From: a virus
DNA length: 64,000 nt
Virus record (IMG/VR): IMGVR_UViG_3300017589_000061
Span: 64,001-128,000 of that record
Reading direction: 5' to 3' (one strand)
The position numbers were made by a program, and so were the translations under genes. Shown piece after piece: positions 61,312 through 64,000 of this stretch (positions are counted from its first letter, which is position 1; every line of letters starts with the position of its first letter). Under the pieces are notes generated by a model. That model was given only the letters and a program-made list of their open reading frames with translations, ran no database searches and was not told where the DNA came from.

Positions 61312-62310
61312 TTATGATATGTATTGTTCATAACTTGCTTTTACTTTATTCTGATTTATTTTTGCGTATATCATAGTTGAATTTATTGACGAATGCCCCA
61401 TTAATTCTGCCAACACGGTAATATCTAATCCCTTATTACATGCTTGAGTCGCATAACTATGACGAAATTTATGCGGTGATACCGAGGAAATTATATCTGT
61501 CTTTTTAGCAATACGTTTAAAAATTTTTTCCATTCCAGATTTACCTAAAGGTCTAAATGGCTTTCTTTCGCCAAGAAATAAACTCTCACTTGTTCCTTCA
61601 CGTTCTTTTATGTATTCTTGTAAGTATAATTTACATTTAACAGAAAAATAAACTATTCTATTTTTATCACCCTTACCATGAACCAATATACTATTATCAT
61701 TCCAACTGATGTCTTTTAATTTAATTTTTAACATTTCACTTATTCTACAACCAGTTGATATTGCTACTTCTATAATACTCTTTTCTCGTATATCTTTACA
61801 TACATTTCTTAATTTTTCAACTTCTTCAATCTCTAATGGTTCTCTTAATTCTTTTACGTTAACTTTTAAATTCTTTAATCTAACAGACGGATCTTTTTGT
61901 ATTATTTCTTCTTTGTAAAGTGTACCGAAGAAACTTCTCAAAACTGCCATTTTACCATTCAAAGTTATTTTCTCATATTTTCTTTCAGATTGAATAATTA
62001 CAAGATAACCTCTTAAATCGTTTATGTCAATTTGGTTAACTGGTTTATTTATGTATTTGCTAAATAGATTTAATTCTTCTCTATATCGCTCTATAGATTG
62101 TTCCGACAATCCTTCGACAGTTTTTAATCCTAAAAAGAAATGTATCTTTTCTGGTAAATCAGAAATCATTAAATCTGTACTATTAGATAATAATGTATAA
62201 CAGCTTAAATTTCTATCAAGAATTTCTTTAACCTCTAAGTTATTTATGCTATATTTATTTTGTAATTCTGACAGTATTTTGATGACAACTAATTCTTTTT
62301 CATCTTCCAT
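61312..62310 (-). CDS. XerD/integron-integrase-like tyrosine recombinase, candidate cassette integrase
   Basis: TGCRISE, GKGDK, HKFRH, MGHSS, TMIY; stop codon lies in the composite site. Confidence 0.9.
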   Translation of the reverse strand: MEDEKELVVIKILSELQNKYSINNLEVKEILDRNLSCYTLLSNSTDLMISDLPEKIHFFLGLKTVEGLSEQSIERYREELNLFSKYINKPVNQIDINDLRGYLVIIQSERKYEKITLNGKMAVLRSFFGTLYKEEIIQKDPSVRLKNLKVNVKELREPLEIEEVEKLRNVCKDIREKSIIEVAISTGCRISEMLKIKLKDISWNDNSILVHGKGDKNRIVYFSVKCKLYLQEYIKEREGTSESLFLGERKPFRPLGKSGMEKIFKRIAKKTDIISSVSPHKFRHSYATQACNKGLDITVLAELMGHSSINSTMIYAKINQNKVKASYEQYIS

Positions 62311-62347
62311 GTTGACTATTCTCCTTTTTAATTTAATTTATATTTAT

Positions 62348-62376
62348 AGTATAAACTAAATTTTGAGAATAGTCAA
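62348..62376 (-). promoter_or_regulatory. Promoter of the recombinase
   Basis: Minus strand TTGACT-17-TATACT preceded by GATTAAATTAAAA. Confidence 0.7.
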
Positions 62377-62421
62377 CCGTTTTTTAATTTAATCTATTCC
62401 ATACAATTTTTCTTTTGTTTA

Positions 62422-62565
62422 CTAACTTAATATTTCAATAGTTCTTTCTGCAACTTTTATTTCAACTTCTGCTCTTAATTTTTCAGGTACTTGTTCAATA
62501 GTTCTTTTTTCTGCCAATACTAAAATTATATACGCATCAATTAATTTTAATTCTATAATACTCAT
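62422..62565 (-). CDS. CD1375/XkdX-like small tail-associated protein
   Basis: AYIILVLAEKRTIEQVPEKLRAEV; GGAGG RBS. Confidence 0.65.
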   Translation of the reverse strand: MSIIELKLIDAYIILVLAEKRTIEQVPEKLRAEVEIKVAERTIEILS

Positions 62566-62702
62566 ATCAAAACTTCCTCCAATAATGTTAATATTTTTAT
62601 TTCTAATTCTGCGTTTTTAATTTCTTCACCCGTTGGTTTTAAACTTTCCAATAGTTGTTCTTCTACGATTTCCGTTTTAGTTTTCCATTTAATTTGAGCC
62701 AT
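62562..62702 (-). CDS. Small hypothetical protein
   Basis: AGGAG RBS; MAQIKWKTK... Confidence 0.55.
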   Translation of the reverse strand: MAQIKWKTKTEIVEEQLLESLKPTGEEIKNAELEIKILTLLEEVLI

Positions 62703-62967
62703 TTTCAAACAACTCCTTTTCCTCAAAACTGTAAAATCTCAATACCTCTATATTGATTGCATCACTTGTTTTTTCAGCGTTTAAAATAGGATTAATAGTC
62801 AATGCTTCTGCAATTATTTCTTCTGCTTTGCCCTCCGCCAATCCTGTAAAATCAAAGGTTTCTGTTTTATCATTAATTTTAACTGTCAAAATGTCATTAT
62901 CCGTTATATATTCTGCCTTAAAATCTGCTCTTTGCGGGGTTTTGACTAACTTAATCATCATTTCCAC
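62689..62967 (-). CDS. Tail-fibre-associated protein (possible chaperone)
   Basis: PQRAD...ETFDFTGL.EG; follows fibre gene. Confidence 0.6.
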   Translation of the reverse strand: MEMMIKLVKTPQRADFKAEYITDNDILTVKINDKTETFDFTGLAEGKAEEIIAEALTINPILNAEKTSDAINIEVLRFYSFEEKELFENGSN

Positions 62968-63998
62968 CTCCCGATTGATAACGCAAATACGGGTATCGTA
63001 TCACTGTCGACAAAACCACCGTCAACTTCTAATATGTTAACATTACAATTATAAGCAGTTAAGTCCACTATTCTTAAAGGTAATGCTTTCGCCAATGTAT
63101 CATTTGCTAAAGTTCCACCCTGTGTATAAGTGGCAAAAACGTTCGGGTTCGCACTAAAGGTAGCAGGGAAAACCCAATTTGCGCCCATTGTCCAATTACT
63201 TGCATATACTGCGGTTACTAAATGGTTGCATATCATAGTGCCATCTTCAAATTTTATATAACTGCCATTTGCATTGCTACCACTTTCAGCAATGACTTTA
63301 GCACCCAAATCGTTAATTTGTGCCTCATGCTCATTAATTGCATTTACTAAATTTGTCTTAACATCGGTAGTTAAAGTAGCCTTATTCCCAATATCTGCAT
63401 CTAATTCGTTAATTGCACCAGTTGCCGTTTGTGCAGTTGTAGTCATTGCAACGCTTCCGAGTGTCGTTTTAGCTGATAAAATATCTGTTTTATTGGTATC
63501 AACTTGTGTGCTTAAATCTTCAAAATCGCTTGTTTCATTCCATTTATTGTTGATGACTGTATTGCCTATCCCACCTGCAACTGAAACATCTTTACCTATA
63601 CAGTTATTAGAGGAAATAAAATTATAGTTATTTAAAGCACCTTGTAACAATATAGTATAGCGTAGAGGGATATAATCTTCTGGTGATCCATTACCCCTGA
63701 TACTAGTATTATTTATTATCATATTTCTATCGCTAGAATATAGATAAATTCCAATTTCTCCATCTCTACATATATTACTATTAATAAAATTATATTTGCT
63801 GGTAGATAAACTGAGATTATACATAGAATTTAAAATGGTATTATATCTAATAATATTATTATCACCTTGAAATATCCTAATTCCCGAATTATTATTTGAT
63901 GAATAAATAATATTTTTCCCATCAATGTATAAGTTTTCTATTTTGCAATAATTAGCACTATTTATTGCAACGATTCCTTCTGAGCTACTACTATTCCA
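62958..63998 (-). CDS. Tail fibre/spike, 3' part (beta-helix plus C-terminal tip)
   Basis: Frame open to window edge; N/I-rich beta-helix repeats (IENLYIDG), AINE repeats, SGSNANGSYIKFEDGTMIC...WVFPATF. Confidence 0.75.
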   Translation of the reverse strand, partial: WNSSSSEGIVAINSANYCKIENLYIDGKNIIYSSNNNSGIRIFQGDNNIIRYNTILNSMYNLSLSTSKYNFINSNICRDGEIGIYLYSSDRNMIINNTSIRGNGSPEDYIPLRYTILLQGALNNYNFISSNNCIGKDVSVAGGIGNTVINNKWNETSDFEDLSTQVDTNKTDILSAKTTLGSVAMTTTAQTATGAINELDADIGNKATLTTDVKTNLVNAINEHEAQINDLGAKVIAESGSNANGSYIKFEDGTMICNHLVTAVYASNWTMGANWVFPATFSANPNVFATYTQGGTLANDTLAKALPLRIVDLTAYNCNVNILEVDGGFVDSDTIPVFALSIGRWK

Positions 63999-64000
63999 AT

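Larger units (their letters stand above)
255..61315. repeat. Dispersed 18-bp dyad site WTARAA-N6-WTTTAW (about 45 copies), almost all at accessory gene boundaries
   Basis: Starts at 255,723,915,1231,1584,1823,8245,8802,9887,10151,10963,11607,12088,12512,12979,13162,13871,14247,15273,16298,17774,18634,19623,20877,21755,22052,23276,24385,24804,25326,25722,35929,37226,37702,39113,40673,41017,41420,44090,48006,48312,52135,53974,59068,61298. Confidence 0.85.
1..64000. mobile_element. Segment of a large SPbeta-like temperate phage/prophage (Clostridia-type host inferred)
   Basis: Own replisome, yopP/Q/R-like module, nucleotide metabolism, lysis and tail-fibre genes, many small ORFs with Firmicute RBS and sigmaA promoters. 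Confidence 0.9.

Noticed and set aside
1823-61315. Composite sites as CRISPR repeats or solitary repeat units (TTTTAT...RTTGAAAT resembles repeat ends)
   Set aside because: The middle is not conserved, spacing is irregular with whole genes between copies, the palindrome extends to TTCAAC and occurs on either side, and no cas genes are present
255-61315. 18-bp sites as intrinsic terminators
   Set aside because: Stems are AT-only with no separate U-tail, the core is fixed at 6 bp, and sites lie inside apparent operons next to RBSs; an operator or RNase-site role is not excluded
62958-63998. Tail-fibre shufflon or diversity-generating retroelement next to the recombinase
   Set aside because: No alternate fibre tips, template repeat or reverse transcriptase within the window
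1-64000. tRNA/rRNA genes, arbitrium aimR/aimP, genome-wide stop-codon recoding
   Set aside because: None recognised by eye; long genes are intact in the standard code

Overview
AT-rich 64-kb segment of a large temperate SPbeta-like phage or prophage of an anaerobic, probably spore-forming Firmicute. Positions 1-54950 (+ strand) hold early and accessory genes: dozens of small hypothetical ORFs, a MazF/SLT/yopP-yopQ-yopR-like lysogeny module, spoIIID, three DNA methyltransferases, a replisome (SSB, ERF, DnaB, primase, RecJ, DnaE), a solo TnpB, HNH, ClpP, a beta-CASP nuclease and nucleotide metabolism genes. Positions 55080-64000 (- strand) hold the end of the late region: tail fibre, a tyrosine recombinase, endolysin, holins, another recombinase, a Rep/primase-like protein and RusA. 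Main observation: about 45 copies of an 18-bp site, ATAAAA-N6-TTTTAT, lie almost all at boundaries of small accessory genes. Fourteen are paired with a second palindrome, GTTGAAATTTCAAC, 13 of them at exactly 12 or 22 bp. The same composite site overlaps the stop codon of an intact tyrosine recombinase (61312-62310). This suggests an integron-like gene-cassette system in a phage; that function is inference and untested. All motif counts and protein calls were made by eye, without database searches.
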